Positions 27,201 through 41,401 of a DNA stretch of 64,000 nt are shown here, piece after piece. This DNA is from Dimorphilus gyrociliatus. Lineage: Eukaryota > Animalia > Annelida. Position 1 is the first letter of the stretch; every line of letters begins with the position of its first letter. The DNA is taken from NCBI GenBank assembly GCA_904063045.1, contig CAJFCJ010000007.1, forward strand, positions 4,347,404 through 4,411,403, read 5' to 3'. The position numbers and the translations under genes are program-made. The notes under the pieces were generated by a model that made no database searches, had not been told where the DNA came from, and saw only the letters and a program-made list of their open reading frames with translations.

Positions 27201-29761
27201 AGTTTGTACCAGCTTTGACTAAAAGACTTTGAACTTTAAAGAGAGAAAGGGAAATTTATATTTAGAAAATTGAATTTACAGGCAGATTGGAAGATAATAG
27301 ATTTACATATAAAGGTAAATTAATAAACGAATTAAATATAAGTACAGAGGGTAAGAGACTGGGAAAAGAATAAGAGATGTATAACCTATAAAAAAAAAGA
27401 CTAAAAGAAAGGATACAAACAGATGGAGAAAAAATAAAAAAACAAAAAAAAAGTACAGGTTTATATCCATGTCAGATGTAATTGATTGACTAAATGAAAA
27501 GTGACAAAATGCGAGTTTTTTCTATGATCAGTTAAACTAATGAGTGAAAAAGGTTTCTTTTTTCATATATAAATTAATGGGTTTTTTTTATTATTACTCT
27601 TCTTTATCGTTTATAATTGCTTTTTCTTTTTGTTTATTTGTTTTCTCTCTTTTTTTTCTATGCAACAAACATTTTAAGTGTCAATGAACTAAAAGATTTT
27701 CACCCATTTAATTTATTTGTCAACCGTTAAACTCAATCGATGCTATCTCCAGCACAGATATGGTGTTTCCATTTGAAGCGGAAACGGAAATACCTTAGGG
27801 ACAAATGAATGATGAATCCTATATCGACTGCTCAAAGCAATAAATCACAGCAATTTATAGTAAAATGAATATTTCGTAACTAATTCTATAAAGCTATATT
27901 TGTCAATAACTTCCCAGAATTTAATAATTGATTAAAAAGAAAACACGTAATATTACACAGTTGTATTTATGCCTTTTCTGTTAAATTTTAGTAGCAAAAA
28001 TAGTTGTGATCATGATAATATATGCGTTTTATAATAATGAACAAAATGAATAAGAAGCAAATTACATATAGAATAGGAAATTATGATAAGTAATCTTGCA
28101 ATATCGTTGAGTAGACTTGAACAAAAAAGAGGAGATTATAATAATTAAACGAGAAAAAGTCGGTATACATCCTTATGGAGATTAACAAGAATTATAATAT
28201 AACGGTAAATGAAGCGATGAAATAGGACATCAATCTGAAATATATATATTAAAATTCATTAAGTCGATTGGTCTGTTTTCATAGTATTTTTCCAGTTTAT
28301 GCTCAATTTTCTTTATGATCTTTTCTCCTCCTTTCTCTTTTAACCAACATCAAACAGGAAAAAAGGTCGCTTTTATACATTGTTTGATCATCTTTTCTTC
28401 GTATCTCAATATATAATATATTAAAATATTTTTTCATAAAGTTTAATCAAAAAAAGTATAACTAAAGTTCTAATTCTTTATTTCTTTTCCTCTTTCTTCT
28501 TCTTCATCTTTTCTCTTCCCTCTTCATCTTTTCTTGTCTTATTTGCCTTTAATTAAAAAATATATTCTACGTCTCTTCTGCCCATCAGAAACTTTCCATG
28601 GAGCGTCATCCATCCGTATTTGATGGGTTTTTTTCTCTTTTTCTATTAAAGCAAACTTCATTAAACCTTCATAAGAAGTTAAAGCTTCTTTATTCAAAAA
28701 GAATAATAGAAAGAGAAAAAATTAATGAAAATTAGACGCTCCTGCTTAAAGAATCACTAGGGAATAACATGGCTAAACAAAAAAGAGAAAATATGTACTG
28801 GACTTTGTATTAATTACAATTTAGTTGTTTTAATCATTTAAATTCTAAATAGAGAAAGCATTTACTTAACAGAAAAGTAAAGAATCTTTTAACTATCATT
28901 GTTGTTCTTCTCTTCAATTCTATGTTACTCTTCGTTCCATATTCACGTTCCTTTTTTTTCCCGTAAAATCATTGAACAAGAGATATTTTTTTAACGCAAA
29001 TATTTACAAAGAATCATAATATTGGATTTTTTTCCCGTATTCATATTATTCAAGTGTTAAGCTGCCATTCTCTTTAACAAGAATGTATTTTGCTAGTTTT
29101 TTTTTCTCTTTTTAGGATTGCCATACGAAATAATTAAGATAGAGAACGACGGAGAGAATTAGGGTTAAGATACGTTCCATTTTCTATCTTTTCCTCAACA
29201 ATCTTTCTTTTACTTTTATAAGTTATTGTTTTACTCTTTTCCTCCTACTTCTGCTCCTCGTTCTCCAATCTTCCTCCCAATCCAACTAGCCATTTATGAC
29301 TTTATGTTTGATATTATCACATATTTTCAATATCTATTTATAGCTCAACTCTTTACTTTTAAAAGAGTTCTAAACCAATGATAAATACAGTATATATAGA
29401 ATTTTTATTGAAAGAGAAATTCTTCCTATCCCTCTAACAGTGTTTTTAATTAAAATAAAGAAAAAAGGAATTGTATACAATAAACCTTACTATAGACTTT
29501 TAGGGGAAAAATACCAAAGCTTGAGAGTAAGTAACGATTACAAATATTTTTTTATATAGGCTATAAATAGATTGAAAAAATAATAGGATATTAATGTTAA
29601 ATCTTTATGCTTCTAAAAATATCTGATTGAATATATAGACTGTAAATTTTGTTTTGTTTATGCTTTATTTCTTTTTTTAAATATCTGCCTTTTTTTGTTT
29701 GTCACGTGATAAGAGAATGATAGAAATATAGGGTTATTCTGTTATATATTTGTATATATAA

Positions 29762-29763
<2 letters not shown>

Positions 29764-29800
<37 letters not shown>
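29764..29800. repeat. (TA)n microsatellite; other long TA tracts near 1470, 21770, 44185, 60511, 63755
   Basis: Direct reading of the sequence. Confidence 0.95.
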
Positions 29801-29805
<5 letters not shown>

Positions 29806-32800
29806 GTATAAGTTTTGTATAATCTTATAAAGTGAAGGATTTGTAAGAATGACTATTTATGCGTGCTGATTACACTCAGGAATGACGAAGAACGAAATCG
29901 AATGAAGGCAAATTACTCTATTAAAAAAACCTTTCAGAAGCTAATAATAATTAATCGTACAGTAAGAGAGTTTAGTTTCTGTTTTAAAAAAGAAAAATAT
30001 TAAGAAACAAACAAGACTATATCGCTTTACATCCCAATGGGAATTCAAAAAACGAACAACATTTTAAGAAGTATAAGTTTTTTTCTTCTCCCTTCAACCT
30101 CACTAGGATCTACTGTTAAGTAAAAAATTAATGAAATTACTAGTAAACGACACAAACCATCTTTTCATTGTAAGTGTAAAAAAAGAAAAGAAACAAAAAA
30201 CACAGAAAATTTCAAAGTTGAGTAATGCCATCTGACGAACTAATACATTAATTATAGATATTACAATATATCATTTGACAAACTTAGAGAATAGAAACTA
30301 GAGAATGAAATTTAAAAAAGATGTTACTTTAAATGTTAGCAGAAGAAATACTATTGGCAAATAATAAAAAAAAACTGTATATTTGTCAAATTAAGGAAAT
30401 TAAAATTAAATATTGAATAATTAAAATGAAACTAATAGAAAAGAATAATAATGATGGATATATAAACTTTTTATTGGCAAAGAGTGCAGCTATACTTAAT
30501 TCTTTTGATATTTTAATAAAAATCATATTTACTATTATATGTAGTGTATATACTGTATACATACATATATATTGTTTCATGGAAACAGTAATAAACAAAG
30601 AAGTATGTATTACCAGATGGTTAACATTTTTTAATGATAAATGACGTGTCTATAGACAAAAATATTCAGGTCTTTTTTCTCCCTTTTTCCTCCCTCTTTT
30701 GTCTTGTTTATCCGTTATTCTTTTGTATTATCATTAATTATGATTTAAACAAGTTCGACGAATCGTATCGTAATTATCTATATAGTAAATTAATTGCAAG
30801 GGAAATCTAATATAGAAGAATAAAGAGCGAAGGGGAAAAATGTTATATATACTCTGTTAAATTGCTGTTTTCATTACGAAATGTACCGTTAAGACAGCAA
30901 ATAATTAAATGTTGCTCTAATCGTATTCAGTTAATATTAATTAAACAATCTAGCCCCTCAGGGAAGTTGTAGAGTAGTGAAGGGTTAGCAAAGTGAGTGG
31001 GAAGGTTGAACGATAGATTAGGATAGCATAGTATAGGATCGAATAAGATAGACAGAACGAGAAACTAAAATGTAAGAAATGGTGGTTGGAATGATATGAC
31101 GATACAACTAAGCTGAAAATAAGTACAACTTTTGTACTCTACAATCGATAGTAAAAAGAAATTTGGTTAACGAAAGAAGGAATCTGAAGAGCGAACGACG
31201 GAATTATTAGGAAGAAGTTTTGCCCTATAGAAGAAGTTTTAAAAGCAATTTGTTTAGAAAGTATACAGAATAATATATAGGTTGATGGGAGTCTCTTCAG
31301 TCGTCTTTTGTATTTTAATAAAAACACAGCTCTGCAAAAGAAGTTGGACTAGTTTTTTATCTTGATTACATTCCTCTCTTATTTATTTTAGTTAACAGAT
31401 CATCGATGATGAGTGGGATAAAGTAAGTTTTATCCTTTTCCTTTTAAAAATATGGATAAACAGATATCATATCAAAGAACATACATACTTATACATATAC
31501 AGATATTCATATATACACTGTATATATATATATATATACTTTATATACAATATTCTAAATGGGCAAGCAAGATTTAATAAAGTTAGATAACAATTGAAGT
31601 TTTTTTCGAATTTAGAACCTTACGATATTTTATTTAAAGATCGTCGATGTCGCTTTTACCTGACAATAGAATTAGTAATAAACTCAACATGCCTCCATTG
31701 TATAAAATTTCTGCATCATTTTAGTGTACTCTCCATACAATAGAGGTTTTATCCTGCACAAAACCTTTCCGTATCACGCTAAGAACATGTCACGTGACAA
31801 GCTATTACGTATACAATGTATATAGATATTGTATAAAAAGAACATGAACGCACAAAGATCAAATGGTAGCCATTTATTGTTTTATAAGTATTCTTATTAT
31901 CTTGATTTAAATGAAATGGTTGCTTTTTATAATACTTTTGCTATTTTTTTTTGTCTGCGCGTCTTTTTAAGGTTTATATTTCCATATGGGGAATATATTG
32001 TTAGAAAAAAAGAAAGAGGCCTATTACGGACATGTTTACTCTATTCCATTTTAAATGGTACTAACATTGGGTATTATTCGTATCAAAGTACAAGTTTCGC
32101 CTGTCATTTGATTCCTTCTGTTTAGTAAATTTGTATATCAAGAGGTAATCTATCTGAATAGGTGAGCGAGTTAAAAAGAGGTTAGAGGAAAGGCATAGCT
32201 TTCGAAAGTATTCATCAAGTAAAAATAACTAACCAATCTTACATCAATCCCAGCTATTGAAGGCTAATGGCAAAGTCGTCTTTCATATTGTAGGTATATA
32301 CAATATACACTATAAATATATACAGTATACACTATATACATATATATATATATATATATGTACATGTATGTGGACGAATGTACATGCATATTAAATTCAC
32401 CATTGATGCCTTCCCATTACAATATATTTGATGTTTAAGCTCCTTTCCATATTTAATATTTACCCTAATTAATATTCATAAGTTTAAAGAGTAATGAGTT
32501 AGTTTGAACAATGTTTCCAGTAGCCTGCAAGGTGACAGTTTAACATTTTCAATTGTCGTTGAGCATGATACGTTTGATAGAAAATATATTCTGGGGAGAG
32601 AGGAGGGCTAACGGGTCAAGTATAAAATGTCTAAGACAAGAGATTGAAATCCTCAGGGAATAAACATATAACCTTCAGGTAGAAAAACGATGCTCATCTC
32701 TTTCTTAAACTTTTTCTCATAAAAGAGTTGCTTTGTAATGTTTTTACTCATTTTTCTTTTGGGGAAAAAAAGAGAAAGGGGAATAAATCCTGAAAGCAGC

Positions 32801-33396
32801 AAAATAAGGTTAAAATAGAATATTCTATAGCTTGATCAATGATGTTCTAAAGTCAACCACAAAAGTACTTACAATTAGATTTATGGTTCTATAAACTATA
32901 TTTATAAAAACTGATAAGATACATAGTAATTTTCACCCTCTTTTTTAGCTTCTATACCTAGTTTTAGTGGGATATAATGTGATCAATTCTATAGTTCAAA
33001 ACAAGTATAAAAACGGCAAACAAAACAGTCTAAATACGTTATTTTGCCCCATATTTAAATAAATAATACTGAAAAAATTGCAGTGTTTAGTCTTTTTGTC
33101 TATATGTAAAACTACTGTGAATTATACTGTATTTATATATATATATAAATTTATATACTGTATATATCAACTGAGTAAAATACTCGTATAAGTTTTTTTT
33201 AAGAATGTTGTAGAATATTTTATTCATTCGTTCATTTATAATATGAATAAATATAATGAATATAAGAAGAGAGTATTCTCATTTTCTTTGCTTGATTAAG
33301 GACAATTTGAGAAAGAAAACATTTGATGATTGATTGAAGACTCTCGCTCTCTCTGTATGTCTGTTTTTTTCTCTCTCTCTTTTTTTCTCTCCCTCC

Positions 33397-33434
<38 letters not shown>

Positions 33435-36400
33435 TTCTTATTGGTGTTTTCTATCTTGAATTACATACAAGGACAAAAAATTCAGAAGGAAGGCTTCGTT
33501 TTAGGAGATTTAAAGATTAACAAGGGTAAGAGTTACTAGCAAGGTGAAGCATATGATTCTTTCTGAATGATAACAAGTGAATAAAAACCTATTTCTATTT
33601 TGTCAAAGGTCAATGGTAGACATTCAACTCCTCTGCTAGCAAAAAATTGCTCTTCGCCTGGGGTTTTCGTATTCTTCGTCTATCCGTACAAGAAACATGT
33701 AAACAAGGACAGAGAAAGGGAAAGAGTATGTTGAATTGAAATGGGGAGGTAAAAATCTGGTGAAAATATCTGTACTAGAAACCTTTAGTTGTAAATTATA
33801 TGACACAAAGTTCGACGTTTAGGAGAGGTTTTAGTCGAGTGAACTGCTTAATGTCAATTACTAGTATTAAAAAGGGCGCACAGTCTGACAATGTTGCATT
33901 CAGTTGGTATCTTCTTTGAGATTATCAAAATAATAAGAAAATAAGGAAAATCTCCAATTATCCAGAATTCTTTCTACTAAAGAACATGAAAAATATATTC
34001 AATATTTGGAGATTCTTTCGCTTCATAACATGTTTCATCTCTATTTAAATATATAATATATAAATTTATATATGCTTCAATATATCTTACTCTTCTCTCC
34101 TTTTTATTGCTTAGCATAAAGACAAAAAAGATATCAGACCAAAGTGACTATGTGAACGTCCTATTATATTTCGAAAAGACTCTGTGGTCTGGCCTCGAAA
34201 GATTATTCTGTTGGATTTAGTCAAAAAGAGGCTTCGGATAGCTTTTTAGCTCAAGAATAACGTCAATTGGAGCACGATTTTACGTCGAAGAATGGCAGGA
34301 TATTTTTTCTTGCAGTTAATGAGATATATCAAAGCATGAATTTTATTGGCATGAAAAACATGACGTTTCACAGAGAGGATGGAAAGTACCGCCTAAAGTT
34401 AATCTAAGATACTTTTATTCTTTCCAATTAAAAGTAGAATAATGACAATTGTAGCCTTCTGCAATTAAAAAGCTATACAATATGTTAAAAATGGATTACC
34501 ATTCTGCTTATATATATATATATACTGTATATGTAAAGATGCTATATCAAATTACTAAGAATTATAAGAGTGTAATGCTTTTATTACTAATATATTTGTT
34601 ATTTTAGTATCTTTTACATATAATACGTTTAGTTTTAACACGATATATAAAATTTTACGTAAATTATAGAAAAGTTCTACATCAATTTAATAGTAGAAAG
34701 TATAAGAAAATAAAATGTCCGATGACTAATGTTTTTAATAATAGAAAAGAATTTTTTGCATAAATTTTAATATATTAAAGCAGTTTGTTAAAGTATCTTT
34801 GACTTATTTAACAAATAAGATGCAATGGAAACTTTACTTCCCATTATGTTTCCTTTGGTATAAATAATTAATATTCACTTAAAAAAACGCCTATTCATCA
34901 ACTTGAAAAGAGACTATTTTCGTAAATGGCTACAAAGATAAAGCTGTACACAGGAAAAAAACTCAACACGAAATTAGTTTAATCTATATAAAGTGTGAAA
35001 CGTCTAAGTAGCATCAAACCTTAAGGGATGTGAGAATCATTTTAGATAAAGCAAGTTGATATACAGTAGATAGTGTATTCTTTATTTACTGTCGACTATG
35101 GCAATAGACTTGCAGAAATTATTAAGTGTACTGCAATTTATTTATACATTAATAATCAAAAGAAAGGAATCGAAGCTGAAATATTATTGCTTATGACAAA
35201 TCGGCGGAAGAAATTGTTAAGGATCATTAAACATATTATCCTTTATAGAAAAGCCAGGAAGCCGACAATATGAATTTTAAATGAAACTTTGAGCAAATAT
35301 AACTTTTCAAATGTGATGTTAAAAGCCAATTTCCCTTCTCTCTATTAATATTCAGATATTATCCCAAAATCCTTGATGGCAGCTAATAATCCTCATGAGA
35401 AACTTCTTGTTACAAAAGTAGAAATTTGAAGTTTAATTAAAGAAAATATTAGCAATTTGCAAAAGTCAATAGATTTAATGAAAAGTCTTTGATTACATTA
35501 CATGCCAATTTATGTTTGCGTGAATCTATATAACATGATAGTAATCAATTCGACAGTAATTAACTCTTTATTCCACATAGTAGCTATAGTTAAAAGCAAT
35601 AGCGGGATGACTATATATTCTTTTAATTCTATACCTGTAAGCATTGCCTTTGTGAGGCCGACCGAACTCAAATACAAGCTTAATTTAATCACGTTTGTAT
35701 ATGATACGTTTGCAGCAAGTTTGTCAAACGTAAAGAGTTAATTATATATGCATATTTATATGTTTGTGTATTTGTACGTATAACCTATATTGAGATCAAA
35801 TTTACCAGTTATAAGATCCAGTCTTTAGTTGCAGAATATATAATGGGTATTATATATTCTGTATTGGTGTTTGTACACAGTATTTTCCAAAATAATAATC
35901 AAAGTATCTAGGAAGGAAGAACAAAGCCTTTGGAGTTTCTTATTTCTTTCTCTCTCCATCTCTCTATCCCTTTCTCACGCTCTATATATAAAAGAAAGAG
36001 AAAATAAAGGGAAAACAGATACTTAACAACTTAAATAGATAATTCTCTACGAATTATTCTCAATTATTAAGAAAACGTCATACATTTCCTCCACCACCCA
36101 TACTCTTTCTCTCTCTCTCTCTCTCTCTCCTCTTGGTTTCTCCCCCTCTAAGCTTTTATAGATTTTTTTCAATAAATTTTATAAACAGTTCGACGAGAAA
36201 AGCCCTTCTTCCGATCATTAATCGCCAGCATCGAACTAAAAGCTTTGTTTCTTTCAAGTCAATTAAACCTTTTTGCAGAGACTTTGCCAAATATCAATTT
36301 TATATAGAAAATAAAGAAAAGAGGAGGGGGTAAGTAAAGAAAGAAATTATTCATGTATTCTATCTTCTATTATCATATTTTTTGTTAACATATACAATTC

Positions 36401-36723
36401 TGAATAATCGATTTGATACGAAAAATAATTATATTTACTATGCATAAGCGCTAACATCTACACTATCAACTATAGCTTCACCTTTTTGTATTTATGATTA
36501 TATTTACACTAATGGAACGTGTTACATGTAAAGAGCTCATGATATTTAGCTACTTTCACTATTAGTATATTTAGATATATATGTATTGAGCGCGGGATAC
36601 TCTTGGTATGGTGTTCCCGTAATTATATAAACGTTACTTAAATACTGTATATACATGGTTTATGCACGCATACAGTATATGCCATGCACTTCTGAGTAAA
36701 GATGAAAGGAACAAAAGAAAAAT

Positions 36724-36780
<57 letters not shown>

Positions 36781-37844
36781 AGGAAGAGGGAAAGAGGATC
36801 AAAACGGTTTGTTCTCCCAACTGTATAGGACATCATTAAGATTCGTTTAATTGTCGACTCTTCAAAAATACTAGTATGCCATAGTTTTATTATGTTTTTT
36901 TTCTACTATTCATCTTCTCAATAAGTGAATTAATAGTAGTTAATGAATTTTTTCGGGTCTCCATCAACCTAATTTAGCAGAAGTTATATACAGAATACTA
37001 AATACATAAGTTCAGTAGTGGTTTGACACAATTTCGTGGGATTATACTCTTATTTATATTTTTCATTGTTCTTTCTGTATAAAGTTTTCAAACAATAAGC
37101 AATTACATTGTACTAGATATTAATGACATCTGTTGGGATACGAAACAACCGCGTGATATATAATCGTTTAAATGTGATTCTCGAAACAAGTCAACCAAAC
37201 ACGAGATATATTCAGTTCACTGAGCGTAAAATGATAAAAGTTTCATATCTCTCAGATACTGAAAGACTTTTGAAATTTAATCTGGTTAGGAACAAAGTCA
37301 ATCTCTTATTGAATAGTGATTGATAATTTGTAGGTTTCACTAGATTTTATTTCACAGATTTCTCAATAAAACATATAACTGTAGAAATCAAAAGCACAAT
37401 CTGTATTTAATTATGTTTATATTACTCTGTATATTGCCATAAAAAAATATTTTTATTTATAGTAACTACAACGTCAATTCGACAAATTGCCCTATTATCA
37501 CTCGCCGAATTATTATTTTCCTCTTTCAGAAAATATTTATAGCTTAATTCTTTTTTTAATCTATTACAAAGTGTCTAAGAAAATAGAATGTAACATATTA
37601 TATTAAATCAGTGTTTCAGTTAAGAGCTTAATATGGAAAAACTCTCATTCAAATATATTTTAACCCGCCTTATTTTCGTATTTTTTTCCTGGTTGTAAAA
37701 TTTATTATTACGAATAAAAGAAGTGTTTGAGTACTTGCTGATACTGTTAATTATAAAATATGTTAAACGTCTAAATTTTACGATAATAGGTTCAACTTAG
37801 CAGGCGAGCACCACAAGATTAAACCTGATATATTTTGGTTTAGT

Positions 37845-37852
37845 ACTTCCGG
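37845..37852. promoter_or_regulatory. ETS-family site (ACTTCCGG) in the ARPC5 promoter
   Basis: Exact ETS core about 65 nt upstream of the ARPC5 ATG, typical of housekeeping promoters. Confidence 0.5.
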
Positions 37853-37916
37853 TTGTAGAAAAATTCACTTTTTAGTGTTATTTAAAAGAGTCTAGGGTTT
37901 AATAAATCTCTCTATA

Positions 37917-38446
37917 ATGTCAAAGAATACGTCTCAATCTCTTTTTCGAAAAGTTGATGTTGATAAGTACACAAATGAGACTTATGAGGATGATACGACC
38001 GCTGATGGAGGCGTTCAACAAGGTCCTGATCAAAACCAAGTGTTCTCTTTACTACAATCGTAAGTTCCTTTTCAAATATATATGCAAACAATTTTAATTT
38101 TAAATTAATAAAATTCTTGTCTATTTTAAATAGAAATTCTAATTTAGAGGCACTACGTTACATCCTGGCCAACGCCCCAGTGATGGTTAAGAGTCAGGCT
38201 GTCAAAGATGCTGCACTCCAGTTAGCAATGAAAGTCTTAACCTCTTTTAAATCTATGGAAATCGAACGTGCCGTAAAATCTTTAGAGAGAACTGAATTGG
38301 ACATGCTAATGAAATATATTTATCGTGGTTTCGAATACCCAGTGGAAAACAGTAGTGCACAATTGCTTGTTTGGCACGAGAAAGTCTTCCAAGTCGGTGG
38401 AACTGGGTGTATTCTAAGAGTTTTGACAGATAGAAAACGCGTATAG
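37917..38446 (+). CDS. ARPC5: Arp2/3 complex subunit 5 (p16-Arc), 151 aa. Exons 37917-38059, 38134-38446
   Basis: MSKNTSQSLFRKVDVD...GPDQNQV and DMLMKYIYRGFE...SAQLLVWHEKVFQVGGTGCILRVLTDRKRV. One phase-2 GT-AG intron; length matches the family. Confidence 0.97.
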
Positions 38447-38971
38447 AATGAATATGTTTTTTTTTTTATTACTATGTTACTTGGGGTTTCTCAATCGCTT
38501 CAATTTCTCTACCGATGATTCATATTTTTCAATATCTCTATAGACGTTAATCATTCGGACATATCAATTTATTCGTGCATCTCTTGATTAATTTGAAAAA
38601 AGAAAGAAAACAATATTTCTCTGTTTTTTCCTCTTCCCACAAAAAAAAACAAGAATTGTTGTTTTCTTTTTTTTAATGTATATTTTTAATGGATTACAAC
38701 AAATAACATTACAGAAAAGAGAATATTTATAATTATATGTATATAAAGAAAACCAAATAAAAGATAGTAAAGTTAGACAGAAATGGTAGTTGAGGGAAAC
38801 TTATTTTTACTTGTCGAAAACGACTTTAGTAGGCTTAATAGATTTACATTAATTTTCTAATATGGGAATCAGTGCCTTTACTGAGTAGTCAAATAGGAAT
38901 ACAATATTATAATAATGTAACGCGATCCGCCAAAACTGTATGTAGTAAAAAAAACTTTTTGTTTAAGATTC

Positions 38972-41401
38972 TTATTTCTTACTTCCTTCTTCAGACATTT
39001 GCTCGTAAATCTATGAGTTAAATAAGTAATTATAACCTTAATATATTAACATATTATTTGCCTAATGACTTAGAAATTACCTGTACGTAACTTTCAGATA
39101 GAGTAATCATTTGAGGTAGAATTTCTTTAACCATTAAATCTTGCATTTCATACCATTTGCCAGTACCCTAAAATGATAATAAAATGAAACAACAATTACT
39201 TAATGCAATATAATGTGTTATATAAAAAAAGAAACAATACCTTATGAAGAATATAGCATTTATAAATTCCACTACCAGGCTCTCCTTCGTGAACAATATT
39301 TGCGATAAGATTATAACTTGTTACTTTATGTTTAGCACGAACTTCTGGCAATAGAAGTTCACCAAAATCTATATTTTTAACGGGGAAATTAACAATTGTC
39401 GGATTCTTCTCCTTTAAGAACATATTCTTTGTAAAACGCTATTAAAATAAATTGGTATAATAAAGAATTATAAACATGTTTGTAACAATAAATACATTAC
39501 CTTCATATATAGTATTATATAAGGTGGTAATTTAGTTATTTCGTATCTTTTCATATAAAGGTCCTTGTAGGTTTTATGCTCAGTTTCCGTTATACCATTG
39601 AATTTATTCAAAACTTGATAAATTGGTACTTGAGGTATAATATTTTCTCTTTGCTCATCAGGGTATAGGGGTGGAGGTGGAAGGTCGCAAGTTAAGTATA
39701 AGAATTGACTTTCTTCACACATCACTATATAATAATATTTAATGATATATGGTGTAAAAGTTAAAAAAGTAATTATATTCAAACCTTGATATTCTTCGCA
39801 CTGTAAAAGTCTTTCCTTCTCCGATTCTTTCTACATTATCAATATTATTATTATCGACAAATCTTATCAAGTAATTACATCTAATTGTTAAGATATAATA
39901 CTTTTTAATACATAAATTATAAAGCTTACTAAATCAACTGCTGGTAATTTTCTCGAATAGACCCGCATCTTTCCACGAAAAGTCTGATTAATTATACTAC
40001 TGCTTAATTTCTTAGAACCGTTTAAAGCTCCATGTAAAGAGTTCAATAGCCAAGACAATACTTCAATACAATCACCTGAAAGTGAATTCGTCAATTTTAA
40101 TTTTATACGCAATGCTATATTTATGATTGAAGGGATAATCGATTAGATAATTGTCGAATACCTTGAACAGTAATCTGAAATTTCTTTTTACTACATAAGA
40201 CAATAGCCTGCAGCATTTCGTGAGGACTAACGTGAGCTTTAAAATTTCTAGGATTCCATAGCTTTCGAATCAGTTCACCGAATCTCTGTAAAAAAAATTA
40301 ACATGCGTGGGAGAGCACGCATCGTGTGTACCAAATATATTAAATAGTATATAGTTAAAAGAAGTTTATATTTTGTCAATAGTGCTTTTTCCCTAAATAG
40401 TAGCTAATTTAACTAACCTGGACAATAAAAAAAAGAATGTCTCCGGGAGGCCTTTTCGTGTCCTTATAGTTCTCTTCGAAGAGAAAGTAACGTCTAAGTG
40501 GTTGCACGTGTGAGAGTGCCTTCAAAAAAAATGCGTTAAGAATTTTGAAAATTGAAAATACTAATAGTAAAAGTAACTAATTCGTTAATTGAAAAAACCT
40601 GTAAAATAACGTTGCAGTAATCATTAGCTTTAATGTTGTTTAATCCAACTATTCCAGGTAAATACGTTGTTCCATCGTAAGCTCTGGAGGGCATGTCAGT
40701 TAAATCAATAACTTCTAAATTCTTTTTTGGATAGGTTGGATTCAAGACGTACTAAAGAGGGGAAAATATGTAATTATTCTATATTTATTAAGAAATAAAA
40801 CAAAATTTATTATTTACTACAATATCCTCTAAAGATTGGTCGATAATTTGATAATTATCTGGTAAGCAGTAAAATTTTGTTGTGGCTAGGTTCAAGAAAA
40901 CGTGATGGCCTTCTTGAACGCTATGTGTGTAGGCATGCGATTTCTGTCCCCGTCCTTAATATTTAAAAGGAAAAATGCGGATAATTAAAAGCAAATAAGG
41001 CGATAAAGGTCAAGAAACTCGTACCCTGAAAGTATTTTCCACAAACTAGACACGCATAAACATTCAAGTTGGACAATGATACCGAACATAACTTTTCAAA
41101 ATCAAAATCCAATACTGAGCGGTTTATAGTATCTAAATACGGGCAGGATCTACTTCTTTTGTCTTGCGGTTCGTCTGTAAAAGTATCATATTATAAAGTA
41201 TACTATTCTATTTCAAATACGATTTAAAAGAACTAGTCAAAATTTAGCAAATATACGACTAACTGGCTAATTTAGCAAGAATTGCAATCTAAAACCCCTA
41301 AAAAAATATACTTAAAAGAAACTTTTATAAAAATCTGTGAAACCTGAATAAGATTTTTGTTCTATTTCCCTCTTTGGTACTTTTTTGGCCGGCGCATCCA
41401 T
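38972..41401 (-). CDS. USP39: U4/U6.U5 tri-snRNP-associated protein 2 (USP39/Sad1), 487 aa, 12 exons: 41401-41344, 41174-41025, 40954-40818, 40751-40599, 40519-40418, 40285-40162, 40075-39930, 39830-39785, 39724-39501, 39438-39241, 39167-39081, 39010-38972
   Basis: CPYLDTINRSVLDFDFEKLCSVSLSNLNVYACLVCGKYFQGRG (ZnF-UBP), YLPGIVGLNNIKANDYCNV, KLWNPRNFKAHVSPHEMLQA, EKNPTIVNFP, WYEMQDL. All eleven introns are GT-AG and in phase. Confidence 0.97.

Noticed and set aside
28575-28627. CCCATCA/TGATGGG-closed hairpin as a pre-miRNA or SECIS candidate
   Set aside because: Large internal loops, no known mature miRNA match and no SECIS core.
37789-37813. GGTTCAAC...CACCA, resembling a tRNA 3' half
   Set aside because: The T-stem cannot pair and there is no D-arm or acceptor stem. 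The GGTTCAAAT at 20342 fails in the same way.
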